Positions 11,799-25,434 of a stretch of DNA of 64,000 nucleotides are shown piece after piece. The number at the start of each line of letters is the position of its first letter. The first letter of the stretch is position 1. Both the position numbers and the translations under genes were made by a program. Below the pieces are notes generated by a model that searched no databases, was not told where the DNA came from, and saw nothing but the letters and a program-made list of their open reading frames with translations. Source of the DNA: Rebecca billardiae RCC1528 (taxonomy: Eukaryota; Protista; Haptophyta); NCBI GenBank assembly GCA_965240325.2, contig OZ251229.1, positions 2,356,001 through 2,420,000 of the forward strand, written 5' to 3'.

Positions 11799-13588
11799 AG
11801 AAAGAACTGGAGAGCTACTGTGTCATCTCGCCTGCCTGAGCTGTGTGCGTCTCTTATTCTTAGTAAACTGTTCTCGCCTGCCTGAGCTGTGTGCGTCTCG
11901 CTCTTATTCTTAGTCAACTGTACTGCTAGCTCATGCTCGAGATGATTCATGTATCATGATACATATCTACCCCTCTTTAGGCTACGAATTTTGGATGTCT
12001 TGAGAATTCTCATCGCGTTCAAGATCGGACGTGATTGGGGCAGATACTACAAAAAATGGCGAGATATAGTCTACGACCGATGCTCGCATCATTCACAATC
12101 CTGCGACCTGCGAGGCATGAATAAGCATTCCGAACCGCAGCGGCTCTTCCTGTACACGTCTCTATTCACAGACATGCTATGACACAGCTCGCTGATACAT
12201 GTTCGTCTATACTAGTGGGGTCCAACACTAGGCCTGCGTCCCATCCACACACTAGTAGTGTTCGCCGCTGCCGAAATCCCCAAAGTCGCCCGAGCCTGCC
12301 TAGGCGGCATCCCCGTTCTGAGACGAGCTAGCTTCCGATCGAGTCCGGATGACGAGCGGTTCATTCTATGATTTAACGACACAGGTAGGACGACTGCGAC
12401 CAGCCCCTCTGGCTGCTCTCGCCCTCTCGGACGCCGGGGGGGAATAAAGACTACAAGGGCTTGATTAATACGACCAAAAGCGATGAGAATTAAGTGGGTA
12501 ACCGAAACGATTACAAGATCTGAATAATCATCCGCACATTGTCGGTCTTCCCTGAATCCGTCAACGATCGTTCCCCCTTGATTCCTTTGGTTAGACGACT
12601 CCATGCAATTGAAGAAAGAACTGGAGAGCTACTGTGTCATCTCGCCTGCCTGAGCTGTGTGCGTCTCTTATTCTTAGTAAACTGTTCTCGCCTGCCTGAG
12701 CTGTGTGCGTCTCGCTCTTATTCTTAGTCAACTGTACTGCTAGCTCATGCTCGAGATGATTCATGTATCATGATACATATCTACCCCTCTTTAGGCTACG
12801 AATTTTGGATGTCTTGAGAATTCTCATCGCGTTCAAGATCGGACGTGATTGGGGCAGATACTACAAAAAATGGCGAGATATAGTCTACGACCGATGCTCG
12901 CATCATTCACAATCCTGCGACCTGCGAGGCATGAATAAGCATTCCGAACCGCAACGGCTCTTCCTGTACACGTCTCTATTCACAGACATGCTATGACACA
13001 GCTCGCTGATACATGTTCGTCTATACTAGTGGGGTCCAACACTAGGCCTGCGTCCCATCCACACACTAGTAGTGTTCGCCGCTGCCGAAATCCCCAAAGT
13101 CGCCCGAGCCTGCCTAGGCGGCATCCCCGTTCTGAGACGAGCTAGCTTCCGATCGAGTCCGGATGACGAGCGGTTCATTCTATGATTTAACGACACAGGT
13201 AGGACGACTGCGACCAGCCCCTCTGGCTGCTCTCGCCCTCTCGGACGCCGGGGGGGAATAAAGACTACAAGGGCTTGATTAATACGACCAAAAGCGATGA
13301 GAATTAAGTGGGTAACCGAAACGATTACAAGATCTGAATAATCATCCGCACATTGTCGGTCTTCCCTGAATCCGTCAACGATCGTTCCCCCTTGATTCCT
13401 TTGGTTAGACGACTCCATGCAATTGAAGAAAGAACTGGAGAGCTACTGTGTCATCTCGCCTGCCTGAGCTGTGTGCGTCTCTTATTCTTAGTAAACTGTT
13501 CTCGCCTGCCTGAGCTGTGTGCGTCTCGCTCTTATTCTTAGTCAACTGTACTGCTAGCTCATGCTCGAGATGATTCATGTATCATGAT
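11796..13588. repeat. tandem array of an 814-bp unit (2 full copies plus ~165-bp partial)
   Basis: Units start at 11796, 12610 and 13424; copies 1 and 2 are near-identical (one difference seen: G12140 vs A12954). Confidence 0.95.
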
Positions 13589-13764
13589 ATACATATCTAA
13601 AGCTTTAGGTGATCCTTGATCTGAGATCTGGGTCATGACTATGAGGTCATCATCGTCAATTTGACTCTCAGCTACTGTGCTTAAGCGACTGTTCGTCGCC
13701 AGTGAAGATACAGTCGCCAGGAGGGTGCGCGTTGTCGCCGTGCACTCTCAACTCTGTCCAGCCG

Positions 13765-14865
13765 ATGCAGCGGAGGCTGCGCTCCGCGGCCCGACAGCTG
13801 CAGCTCGCTGCATCGCTGCTGGTGCTCAGCAGGCGGCCGCTCACGGCTGGCATGACCACGGCGGCACCGCCCGCTCTCCACCCGCCGAACCTCGACGTCA
13901 TGTTCCACGTGAACTGCATGAAGAGCCGGCGGCCGACCAAACGGCAGCTGCGCACGCGCCTGCGGTTGGTGCGCCCATCAGACGAGCACGCGACCTTGCC
14001 TCAGCTGAGCCGCGTGGGCGGCGTGGACGGGCTTCTGGGCAGGCTCTACCCTCCCGAGGCCCTCGAGGAGCCGACGCGCGACTCGGACGCGTGGAGCGAG
14101 CACAACCATCGCGCGCGCATCGAGTTTGAGAGCTACTTTGCAGACAAGGGCTACTCAGCGTCGGGGCGCGAGCTCGACGGCGAGTGCGCGGTGCGCTTGC
14201 TGCGCGATGCGATGCGGCTCAGCCCAACGGACACGCTCCTCGACCTCGGCTCGTCCACCGGCCGCGTGCCCATCCTCGCATCGTATGTGTGCGGCTGCGA
14301 GCGCGTGCTTGGCGTCGAGCTGAGCCCGAGCCGGCACGCACTCGCCGAGCGGGCGCTGCGCGAGCTCGCACGCGTCGACGAGGGCGCGGCGCGGCGCGTC
14401 GAGTTGATGCAGGCGGATCTTATGGACGCGCCCCTCGGCGAGTTTGGCGTCATCTACTGCGCCGTCCAGCCCAGCGGCGCGCAGAGGCTGATGCCAGTGC
14501 TGATGCCCGTGTTGCGCGATGCCATCATCGCCGCAGCGGCGGGAGGCGCGATCGGCGGTCACGCGCCCGTGCGCTTCTTCGCCGCGGGGTTCGACCTGCC
14601 AGCGGACGTGCCGGGCATCACGCCGCGCCTCGTTGCCGGCCACATCTTCGCGCCGCCGGGCTGGACGGACGAAGAGGGCACCGGCCCGGCCCTGCGCGGC
14701 ATCCCCCTGTACGGCCTCGTTGACGGCCCGCGCACCGTGCTCGAGTACGAGCTGCACGTGGGGGCGGACGCGGGCGGCGATGGTGGGCCCGGTGCGGACC
14801 GAGCCTCGTCGCCGCGGTCGTCTTCGTCTGCTGCGACGCAGTCCTCGGCGGGCGGCGAAGCCTAA
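13765..14865 (+). CDS. class I SAM-dependent methyltransferase, DOT1-like
   Basis: MRLSPTDTLLDLGSSTGRVPILA..VLGVELSPSRHALA..VELMQADLMD. Confidence 0.75.
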   Translation: MQRRLRSAARQLQLAASLLVLSRRPLTAGMTTAAPPALHPPNLDVMFHVNCMKSRRPTKRQLRTRLRLVRPSDEHATLPQLSRVGGVDGLLGRLYPPEALEEPTRDSDAWSEHNHRARIEFESYFADKGYSASGRELDGECAVRLLRDAMRLSPTDTLLDLGSSTGRVPILASYVCGCERVLGVELSPSRHALAERALRELARVDEGAARRVELMQADLMDAPLGEFGVIYCAVQPSGAQRLMPVLMPVLRDAIIAAAAGGAIGGHAPVRFFAAGFDLPADVPGITPRLVAGHIFAPPGWTDEEGTGPALRGIPLYGLVDGPRTVLEYELHVGADAGGDGGPGADRASSPRSSSSAATQSSAGGEA

Positions 14866-15842
14866 CTAGCAGCCGTCGATATCCATCATCAGACGACCAT
14901 ATCATCATCCGCAGACGATGCTCCGCGCGGGCGGCTGAAATTGGTATTGCCGGGGTGCTGGCACTTCCAAGGCAGGCTGGCAGCCGCCTGGCCGCGCGGT
15001 CATGCAGGCCTCGCGGGAGTCGGGGTGGGGAATGAGGGAATCGCCAATCGGGATATGGCACAGCACGGCCCGCGTCCACGGCCGTATGCCCGCGGCCGCG
15101 CCCCTGCCAATCATAACTCGTACACGGTACTACCGGGCGGACAGTCGGTACGGCGGTACGCCGCGGGCGGGTACGCCGCTAACGCCGCCCCGTACGCGCT
15201 ACTCTCACTCTGTCTACTGACTTGCGGTCGCTAATAATAATAATAATTCTGAGCGGCCCGAACTCGGGCTGCTAGTAGTTACTACTCGGTCCGCGATGCG
15301 CTCGCGCGTACCGCGGCGGAAATGTCCGGCGCGGCGGTCCTCACGATCCTCACAGCTGCTCAATGATAATGCTCGTGAACTCCGACGGTCACGGGTCAGG
15401 TTCGGGCCAGTCTGGTTGACTGGTTCGGGCCTTCGGCGCCTTCGCCGCCAATTCATCAGGTTCCGGACCGCGTGGGCCCCTGCGCATTACTTGGGGCGCG
15501 CACGCTGCCGCTCGGACATGAGTTACCGGGCGTATCCAGCAGCGATGTGGGGCGCGCCGCGCGCTGCGCCCGGTCGAAGGTAGCCCAACGTCGGTCACCA
15601 GCGCAGCGTTGTGCGCAAACGCGCGCCGCGCTCTGTCCAGGGCGGCTGGGCGCGGTGGATGCTCGATCCTGTGCGAGCACAATGGACACCGGGCACGGCG
15701 CCGCCGGACGTTTGCCGCGCTCTCTGCTAGCGCGCACGAGGCAGCTCGTGCGAGGCAGCGCGCGGGCCACCGATTGCGCTCGGCCACCCGCGTCGCCGCA
15801 GCCGGGCAGCGCCGCGCAGGCCACGCAGGCCGCAGCCGGTGA

Positions 15843-16421
15843 TCACTCGCCCTCGAGCTGCGCCATCGTCTCGAGGTACCGCCTGTGCGTCGTGGCCGCG
15901 ATGTGCGCGAACGGCGCCTCGACGCCCGCGTGCTCGAGCGCGGAGCACTCGAAGAAGGCAAAGTCGTGCCGCCGCGCGAACTCCTCGCCAGCCTCGCGCG
16001 AGACCTCCGCGCGCTCGTTCAGGTCTGTCTTGTTGGCGACCAGCACGCCCGCGAGGAGCGCGTCGGTCGGCACGACGCGGCCAAGGCGCTCAAGCCAGTC
16101 TGCGCAGTGCTGGAGCGACTCGGGTCGCGTGACATCGTACACCAGGATCACAGACGACGTGTTCTCCCAGTAGTGCGGCGCCATCTCGGCGAAGAGGTCC
16201 TGCCCTGCCGTGTCGAAGAGGTAGAGCTCAACCGACGCCTGCGTGTCGGGGATCGCGACCGGCTTCATCACAAAGTCGACGCCGATGGTCATCAGGTAGT
16301 TCTTCGGGAACTTCTGGCCGTTCGACTGGAACATCTGGGTGAGCGCGCTCTTCCCCACCCCCGCATCGCCCAGCACCGTCACCTTGGAGCGCAGCTTCAA
16401 GCCCGACAGAGCCGCCACCAT
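15843..16421 (-). CDS. IFT27: intraflagellar transport protein 27 (Rab-like GTPase RABL4)
   Basis: GDAGVGKS, MFQSNGQKFPKNYLMTIGVDF, VELYLFDTAGQ, NKTD, CSAL; no C-terminal prenylation cysteines. Confidence 0.88.
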   Translation of the reverse strand: MVAALSGLKLRSKVTVLGDAGVGKSALTQMFQSNGQKFPKNYLMTIGVDFVMKPVAIPDTQASVELYLFDTAGQDLFAEMAPHYWENTSSVILVYDVTRPESLQHCADWLERLGRVVPTDALLAGVLVANKTDLNERAEVSREAGEEFARRHDFAFFECSALEHAGVEAPFAHIAATTHRRYLETMAQLEGE

Positions 16422-16803
16422 ACTGCCCTGCCCCCCTTGCTGCGCGACCTCCGTCAACGGCCGCGGCCGCCGTGATATGGGGTAACTTGTATTTTGAATA
16501 AAAGCGGACGAGAAATCAAACGAGTCGGAAAACGTCGTCGCCCTCGCGGCTCGCGCGCGCGCGACGCGAGTTTTATATTTACTTTTTCGGTTTGCAGGCG
16601 GAGGTCGAGACGGCAATCTCGGCATCTCGACCGCCGACCGAGGACCGGAATCCCGAAGTTCCAGACATCTATCGACGCGGCAAAAAGCAGTCGATCGAGC
16701 CGAACTGGACGGAACCGGTGGCAGCTGCATCCCACAGTTGCACCGCTCACGGCAGACCACCCAGCCCGTCTCCAGCGCGCACTCCACAGACCCGCACCTT
16801 TCG

Positions 16804-17422
16804 ATGGGGAAGGACGACAAGAAGGTTGAGGGCGCCGCGGTCGGCATCGACCTCGGCACCACGTACTCGTGCGTCGGCATCTGGCAGAACGACCGCGTCG
16901 AGATCATCGCCAACGACCAGGGCAACCGCACGACGCCGTCGTACGTCGCGTTCACAGACTCGGAGCGGATGATCGGCGACGCGGCGAAGAACCAGGCGGC
17001 GATGAACCCGCGCAACACGGTGTTCGACGCGAAGCGCCTCATCGGCCGCCGCTTCGCCGACGCCGCCGTGCAGTCCGACATCAAGCACTGGCCGTTCAAG
17101 GTGGTGCCGAAGGAGGGCGACAAGCCGTACATCCAGGTGGAGTACAAGGGCGAGACGAAGGACTTTGCGCCGGAGGAGATCTCGTCGATGGTGCTCGTCA
17201 AGATGAAGGAGGTCGCGGAGGCGTACCTCGGCTCCGACGTGCCCAACGCGGTGATCACCGTGCCCGCCTACTTCAACGACTCGCAGCGCGCGTCGACCAA
17301 GGACGCGGGCTCGATCGCCGGCCTCAACGTGCTGCGCATCATCAACGAGCCCACCGCCGCGGCGATCGCGTACGGCCTGGACAAGAAGACGACGCAGGAG
17401 CGCAACGTGCTCATCTTCGACC

Positions 17423-17454
<32 letters not shown>

Positions 17455-18774
17455 ACGATCGAGGAGGGCATCTTCGAGGTGAAGGCGACCGCGGGCGACA
17501 CGCACCTCGGCGGCGAGGACTTTGACAACCGGCTGGTCAACCACTTCGTGCAGGAGTTCAAGCGCAAGCACAAGCAGGACATCACGGGGAACGCGCGCGC
17601 GATGCGCCGGCTGCGCACGGCGTGCGAGCGCGCGAAGCGCACGCTCTCCGCCTCGACGCAGACCTCGATCGAGATCGACTCGCTCTTCGACGGCATCGAC
17701 TTCTTCTCCTCGATCACGCGCGCGCGCTTCGAGGAGCTCTGCATGGATTTGTTCCGCGGCACGCTCGAGCCCGTCGAGAAGGTGCTGCGCGACTCGAAGG
17801 TGGACAAGCGCTCGGTGCACGACGTCGTGCTCGTCGGCGGCTCGACGCGCATCCCGAAGGTGCAGCAGCTGCTCTCGGACTACTTCAACGGCAAGGAGCC
17901 GAGCCGCTCGATCAACCCGGACGAGGCGGTCGCGTACGGCGCGGCGGTGCAGGCCGCGATCCTCGCGGGCACGGGCTCGGAGAAGACGTCGGAGCTGCTG
18001 CTGCTCGACGTGACGCCGCTTTCGCTCGGCATCGAGACGGCGGGTGAGGTCATGTCCGTGCTCATCCCGCGCAACACGACCGTGCCGACGAAGAAGTCGC
18101 AGACGTTCTCGACGTACTCGGACAACCAGCCGGCGGTCACGATCCAGGTGTTCGAGGGCGAGCGCTCGCGCACCAAGGACAACAACAAGCTCGGCGAGTT
18201 CAACCTCACGGGCATCCCGCCGATGCCGCGCGGCGTGCCGCAGATCGACGTCACCTTCGACATCGACGCGAACGGCATCCTCAACGTCTCGGCGGTCGAG
18301 AAGTCGACGGGCTCGGAGAAGAAGATCACGATCGCGAACGACAAGTCGCGGCTGTCCAAGGAGGACGTGGAGAAGATGACCGCCGAGGCGGAGAAGTACA
18401 AGCGCGAGGACGAGGAGTTCAAGGCGCGCGTCGAGTCGAAGAACGGCCTCGAGAACTACTGCTACCAGATGAAGGGCGCGGTCGAGGACGACAAGGTGAA
18501 GGACAAGATCGACCCCGTCGACAAGGAGAAGGCGGTCGGCGCGATCAAGGAGGCGCTCGACTGGCTCGAGAAGAACCAGATGGCCGAGAAGGAGGAGTTC
18601 GAGCACAAGCAGAAGGAGGTCGAGGGCGTGTGCTCGCCCATCATCCAGAAGATGTACGCCGCCGGCGGCGGCGCGGGCGGCATGCCGGGGATGGGCGGCA
18701 TGCCGGGGGGCATGCCAGGCGGCGGCGCGCCGCCCCCGGGCGGCAACGCGCCCAACATCGAGGAGGTCGACTGA
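16804..18774 (+). CDS. HSP70: cytosolic heat shock protein 70
   Basis: [41 protein letters not shown] repeats, C-terminal EEVD; intronless. Confidence 0.98.
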
Positions 18775-19219
18775 ACGTCGAACAAAGCGGTGAGCGACGT
18801 CCCTGAACATCCTACCTCGTCAGCATCATTGCACGAAGACACGCCGACTGACCGTCTGACGGTGACGACGGTCGCAGCTCGTCACGGCGCGCGCCGAGTA
18901 CGCAGGCTGATTGACGAGGCAGTCCCGCGCGGCGGTCGGGTCACACCAAGGGCTGGTGTGACGTGATCCGCGTCATCAGACATATCGTCATCACATATCA
19001 GTAGTAGCAGCAGTACTATAATATATATATATATAGTTGTTGCATGCCACGTCGTTAAATATCTATATATATATATTTAGTTTAGTCGTACTTGTAGTCG
19101 CCGCGATGTAACTATAAGATTCTGCGCTGACGATACATATATATCTATGAGAAACTACATGCGCGCCATAGCTTTCACTGTTCACATCGTCAAGTCGCAT
19201 TGACATTCACAGTGCAGGA

Positions 19220-21700
19220 TTGGAATTTTCCGTGACGCTTCGGACGGTCCGCAGCTCGAGTCAGCGAATCCGGTCTCGGCCGGACAGTGGAACTCGGGTG
19301 GAAGCCGCGACTTCGCGGCGGACGGAGCCTCAAACGAGCGGTGCCTCGGCTCGCGGCGCGATCTACTCGGTGAAGACCGACGAGGCTGCTCGCGGGCCCG
19401 ACTATGCGTCGACGCGGGCTGGGGTCGTCTTCCGCGTGGCGCTGGGCAAGTTCCTCGCCGCCCTGACGGGTGCTCTCCTTTCGCCCTCACGGCGCGCGCG
19501 GTGCGTTTCGCGAGCTTCTTGCATGCGCCGCCCGCGGTTGCGCCCGAGCCTGATGCTTCAGTCGACACGGCAGGTGGCTCGCGCAGGGTGGGATTGTGTG
19601 CGGGTGCCGCTGGCGGTGCGTCTCGCCCTCCTGAAATTGTGTGGGAGGCTGTGACATTGCACGCGTACACCCCGCCACGCCCGCGGCCCGCCCGCGCAAA
19701 CGCCGCGCCGCGCAGTTGTCTTTGACCTCGAGCGAGCCTGAGGCGTGGAGGCGACCGACGGCGGGGTGCGACTTGCCCACCGACCCGAGCCGCATCACCC
19801 AGCGCAGCCTCGCCCGCGACGACGCTTCGCCTGGCTGCCACTGCTCAGCCGCGTGCAAGGCGGGCTGGGCGACGTCTAGTGCCGAGCGCGGCTGCAGCGC
19901 AGCACGCGAGAGGCTGGAGCGCCATGACGCGGATGGCGGAGCGGGCTTTGGGCTGGCTGGCATGAGCCGCCAGGCTGTACCGTCCGCGCAGATCGCGCTC
20001 GGCCCGGCCGCAGCCCTCCTGAGCGCGCGCCTCAGAGCTGAGACTGATCACGTGCACGCGCACAAGCCACACTGCCGTGGCTGTGTCGAGCAGCTGCGTG
20101 TGCTCGAGGCGCGGCGCTCGCACGGGCCACGCGGGCGCAGCGGGTGCGCGCAGCTGGCGCACGCAGTGCCACGTCCTGCCGCGCCAGTTTGGCGGCCGTC
20201 CGCCCCCCCGAGCTCGAGTTCTGCGCGCTTTGCGACGGCGCGGCCGGCCGCGCCCATCTTCATGCTTGGGCACGCCAGCATGGCCGCCGCCGGGCCTGCT
20301 GCGCGCGCCGAAGCTGGAGGGCGGAGGAGGGCGCTGGGCTGCTCCTACGGCGTGCTGCAGCCCGGGCAGGCTTTTCCGCGGCGCGGCGAGGCCGTCGCGC
20401 CTGCTCGCCGCCGTCGAGTCGCCCGTGCTGAGTGACCGTCGGCCGCATGTGCTCGGCGGCACCGCAGGCAGGCGTCCCATACCAGTGTGCTCGAGCCGCT
20501 GCGCGCACCCAAGGCGAGCTGCTCGAGCGGGCTAGGTGGGCCCACGGAGTGCGCGCAGCTGGCGCACGCAGCCCCGCGTCATGGGGTGTCGGTTTGACGG
20601 TCGCCAGCCCCCGTGGGCTCGAGCTCTGTGCGCTTCACCACGGAGGTGCCGACGGCGCCCCGCGGCGCGCAACGGCGTGGCAGCATGGCCGCCGCCGGCG
20701 CCGCCGCACATGCCGCCGCTTACGGGCAGTCGAGAGCTTGGGGCAGCACCTACGGCATGCTGCAGCTCGGGCGGGCTCTGCCAGCCTGCTGTGGCGTGAT
20801 CGCGCATTTTCCAGACCGTCGACTCGCCCGCGCTGCATATTTGTTTGCTGCGCGTGCTCGACGGCGCCGCTGCTGCCGCTACGGCCGCGCGTTGCTGCGT
20901 CGCGAGCGAGCCCGATGCGAGCTGAACGGCGGCGTGCTCATCGCTGCTGGCGCAGATGGGCGCGTCATGGTGGCCACGCACGGTGCTGAGTGCTCGCGCG
21001 TGCCAGACGAGGCGCGTGCTCGCGCTGTGGCTCAATGTCCGGCAGTGCGCGTGGCAGGCCGCAGCTGCTCGACAACAGAACCAGCGGGCAGTGATCGGGC
21101 TGCGCGCGCGCAGCTGATGGCGGCGAACGAGCGAGCCCGCACCGCCGCGCAAGGGCTGGGCGACTGGCGCCGAGGTGGCGCGCACGTCGTCCGCTGCCGT
21201 TGGCATCGCGGCGGACGCTTCAAGCTCGTTCGGCCGGCGTGTTTTCTCCGACGCCCACCTGCGAGCGCTGCCGGCACCGTGCTCGGGCGTCAGTATCGGT
21301 GGGCTCGAGCACGCGTGGTGAGGCGCTCGGAGCGGTCGACGGCCATGATCGGGCAGCGCACGGTGGGCGCAGGCCACGCGCACGCCAGCGCCCCGCGTGG
21401 CGTGGCTTCACGGGGCGCAGCCACCAGGAGACTGTGCTGCGACGAGCTCGGGCGCGCTCGGGCGCCGCTGCTCTGCATTTTCCCGAAAAATCGGTTTTCG
21501 TGCCCTCGACCGGCGTTATGCCGCCGGGGTGGCCGCAGCTGCGCTCGGAGCAGCGCGCACGGGCACCGCCGTGTGCGCCCGCCCGCTTTCGCCGCCGCCG
21601 AGCTCGAGCACAGCGCTGCGCGGGGCTGCGTAATGCCAACGGCGCATGATTTTTTGCCCGCGCCGAGCGCGCGTCGGCGCGCGCAGCGCGCTCAGGTGTG
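19220..21700. other. degenerate GC-rich region, probable decayed TE or pseudogene with internal diverged duplication
   Basis: No consistent coding frame; ~20095-20400 and ~20505-20800 are diverged direct copies (GTGCGCGCAGCTGGCGCACGCAG..CAGCATGGCCGCCGCCGG). Confidence 0.35.
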
Positions 21701-22462
21701 GCCTGCTACCAAGGTCTGTGCCACGATTCGACGCGCCTATGGTGCGCCGAATTTAGGCGCACCGCTTCAGAATTGTCCGATGATTCGACTAGTGATGTAC
21801 AGTGCGGACAACTTAAAACGTCACCCTGAGCAGTTTTCCGGCACTGTGTTGTCATTGGCATATGCATATTGGCGGCGGATGGCTCGATCATCAATCATAG
21901 CTGCTACTATAGCAGCAGCGCTGACCGCGGTGGCTAACCGCGACTCGTGATGATGTCAGCAGCAGCGTGCCGGTACCGCGTAGACTCTTAGCTAGCTAGC
22001 AGATGACCTCGGCTACTAGCTCGTCCGGTCATCAGCCTCCGTCGCCTCGTCAGACTCCTCACGGTCACTCTATGCACTCTAACGACGTCACAGCGCAATA
22101 CGTCCGAGCAGCTGCTGCCTGCATGCAGTCGTCAGACTTAGTGAGCATGCATTCGCCGCCTGCGCTACTCACCGTTTATTTTAATCGCGAGGTCACTGCG
22201 CTGCCACTGCGTCTGCGAGCGACGGGACTTCAGTCTGCACTGAGTAGTCAGAAGTCAGCACATCTATTATGCGCCTCTAGCTCGATTACCGCGCGAATAA
22301 TAGCCTTGATGGCATCAGCAGGCATCAGTGGCTCCGACTGATGATGACGACTACTGTTATTGCAATTGATGGGTGCTGATGACGATGATAAATATATAAC
22401 ATATGCAGTATATAGTCGCATTTGATGGACCTGATGATGACTGAGTCCTGTACAACCCGGCT

Positions 22463-22584
<122 letters not shown>

Positions 22585-22847
22585 GCCCACGGGTACCGGG
22601 TTTGGGCGTACGTCACGACAGGCGCCTACGACTGCTTAGGACTGATGATGAGTGATCGCGTATACGTACTGTATCGCCCATCATGAGTGCCATCATCCGC
22701 TGGTCAGATCGGAACCGTAGTCAATCATCTACGACGACTAATGATCATTCTAGCAGTTGTCCGCGACTCCGCGTTCCGCACCACGCCTTCATTCACGGCC
22801 GCACCGGCCGCGGCACGGGTGGGAGCGCGCAACGCCGCGGCGCGCGC

Positions 22848-23894
22848 TCAGCCCGTCGGCACCACGCGGAAGCTCACGCCGTTGAGCTGGTCCACCGCGG
22901 CGGCGACCTCCGGCAGCGAGCGCACGGTGAAGTCGGGCGAGACGCCGCGCAGCCCGCTGTCGCGGCTGGCCGCACCGCCGTAGCTCTTGCGCAGGTAGCA
23001 GGTGAGCATGTGCGCGCGGCGCGCGGCGGCGATGGTGTCCAGGTCGGAGCTGAGGAGCAGCACCGAGCGCAGGTCGAGTTCGAGCCGCGCCGCGAGCTCC
23101 GCCAGCTCGTCCACGCCCGCGCCCGCGTGCGTGCACGCGAACGGCGACACGGCCATCTGTCGCAGCACCTCGGCCGCGTCCGCGGCGAGCGCCGCACGCG
23201 CCGCCTCCTCGTCCTCCGCCTCCGGGCGCGCGTCGTCCTCGGGTGCGCGCGGCGCGCGGCGCGGCGGGCGGAGCACGACGGCGCGCGTGATCCCCCGGTT
23301 GTCCAGGTAGTGCACCAGCTGCGTCGCGCCCGGCTGCACGATCCAGCCGCCACCACCGCCGCTGCCGCCGCTGCCGCCACTGGGCGGTGTGCCAGGACGC
23401 TTTGCCTGCGCGGCCTTCGCCTTGAGCAGGCTGAGCTTACCCGCGTACTTGTCGCGGATGCTGCCGCCCTCATCCACCCCGCCGCCGTCGCCCGCCTCGG
23501 CCGCGTGCCCGTGCTCCTCCCGTGGCTGCGCCGGCGCCTGCGCGGCGGCCTCCTCGAGCTGCGCGCGCAGCCGCTCGACGATGACCTGCCGGGGGCCGAT
23601 CGAGTCGACGCCGCGCTCGCGCGCGGCGTCGCGCAGCTCGTGCGTGAGTAGCGTGTCGAGCGTGTCGAGCGTGAGCTCCGCGACGGGCGCGCCGAGGCGC
23701 GACTTGGAGTACCACGACTGCGCGCTGCTGGGCACCTCATGGTGCGGCTCCTCGCCCGGCTCGATGCGCAGCGCCTGCAGGTCGACAAACACGGCCTTGC
23801 ACAGCAGCGCCTTGTTCAGCGCCTTGTTGTCCATTCGCGTGCTCAGCCGCCGCGCGGCGAGGCGGAGGCCCGCGGCGGCGCGCCCGCCCACCAT
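22848..23894 (-). CDS. HAD-like hydrolase fold protein with inserted SAP-like domain; possible mitochondrial presequence
   Basis: KAVFVDL, PGATQLVHYLDNRGI, SSDLDTIAAARRA, PDFTVRSL; SAP-like LLTHELRDAARERGVDSIGPRQVIVERL; Arg-rich N-terminus. Confidence 0.6.
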   Translation of the reverse strand: MVGGRAAAGLRLAARRLSTRMDNKALNKALLCKAVFVDLQALRIEPGEEPHHEVPSSAQSWYSKSRLGAPVAELTLDTLDTLLTHELRDAARERGVDSIGPRQVIVERLRAQLEEAAAQAPAQPREEHGHAAEAGDGGGVDEGGSIRDKYAGKLSLLKAKAAQAKRPGTPPSGGSGGSGGGGGWIVQPGATQLVHYLDNRGITRAVVLRPPRRAPRAPEDDARPEAEDEEAARAALAADAAEVLRQMAVSPFACTHAGAGVDELAELAARLELDLRSVLLLSSDLDTIAAARRAHMLTCYLRKSYGGAASRDSGLRGVSPDFTVRSLPEVAAAVDQLNGVSFRVVPTG

Positions 23895-23966
23895 GCCGGC
23901 AGCACGTAGTGCGTGCCTGGCGCGCACGGCGGCCAACCGTCGTCGTCCACACGAGCCCACCACTGG

Positions 23967-25434
<1,468 letters not shown>

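Noticed and set aside
11796-13588. CRISPR-like or rDNA/snRNA array
   Set aside because: The units are long and identical without variable spacers, no recognisable RNA gene sequence is present, and the context is eukaryotic.
16640-16670. Possible heat-shock element upstream of HSP70
   Set aside because: The GAA/TTC units do not have correct nGAAn spacing without several mismatches.
16747-18810. 687-aa ORF antisense to HSP70
   Set aside because: Antisense shadow ORFs are well known for GC-rich HSP70 genes and result from codon bias.
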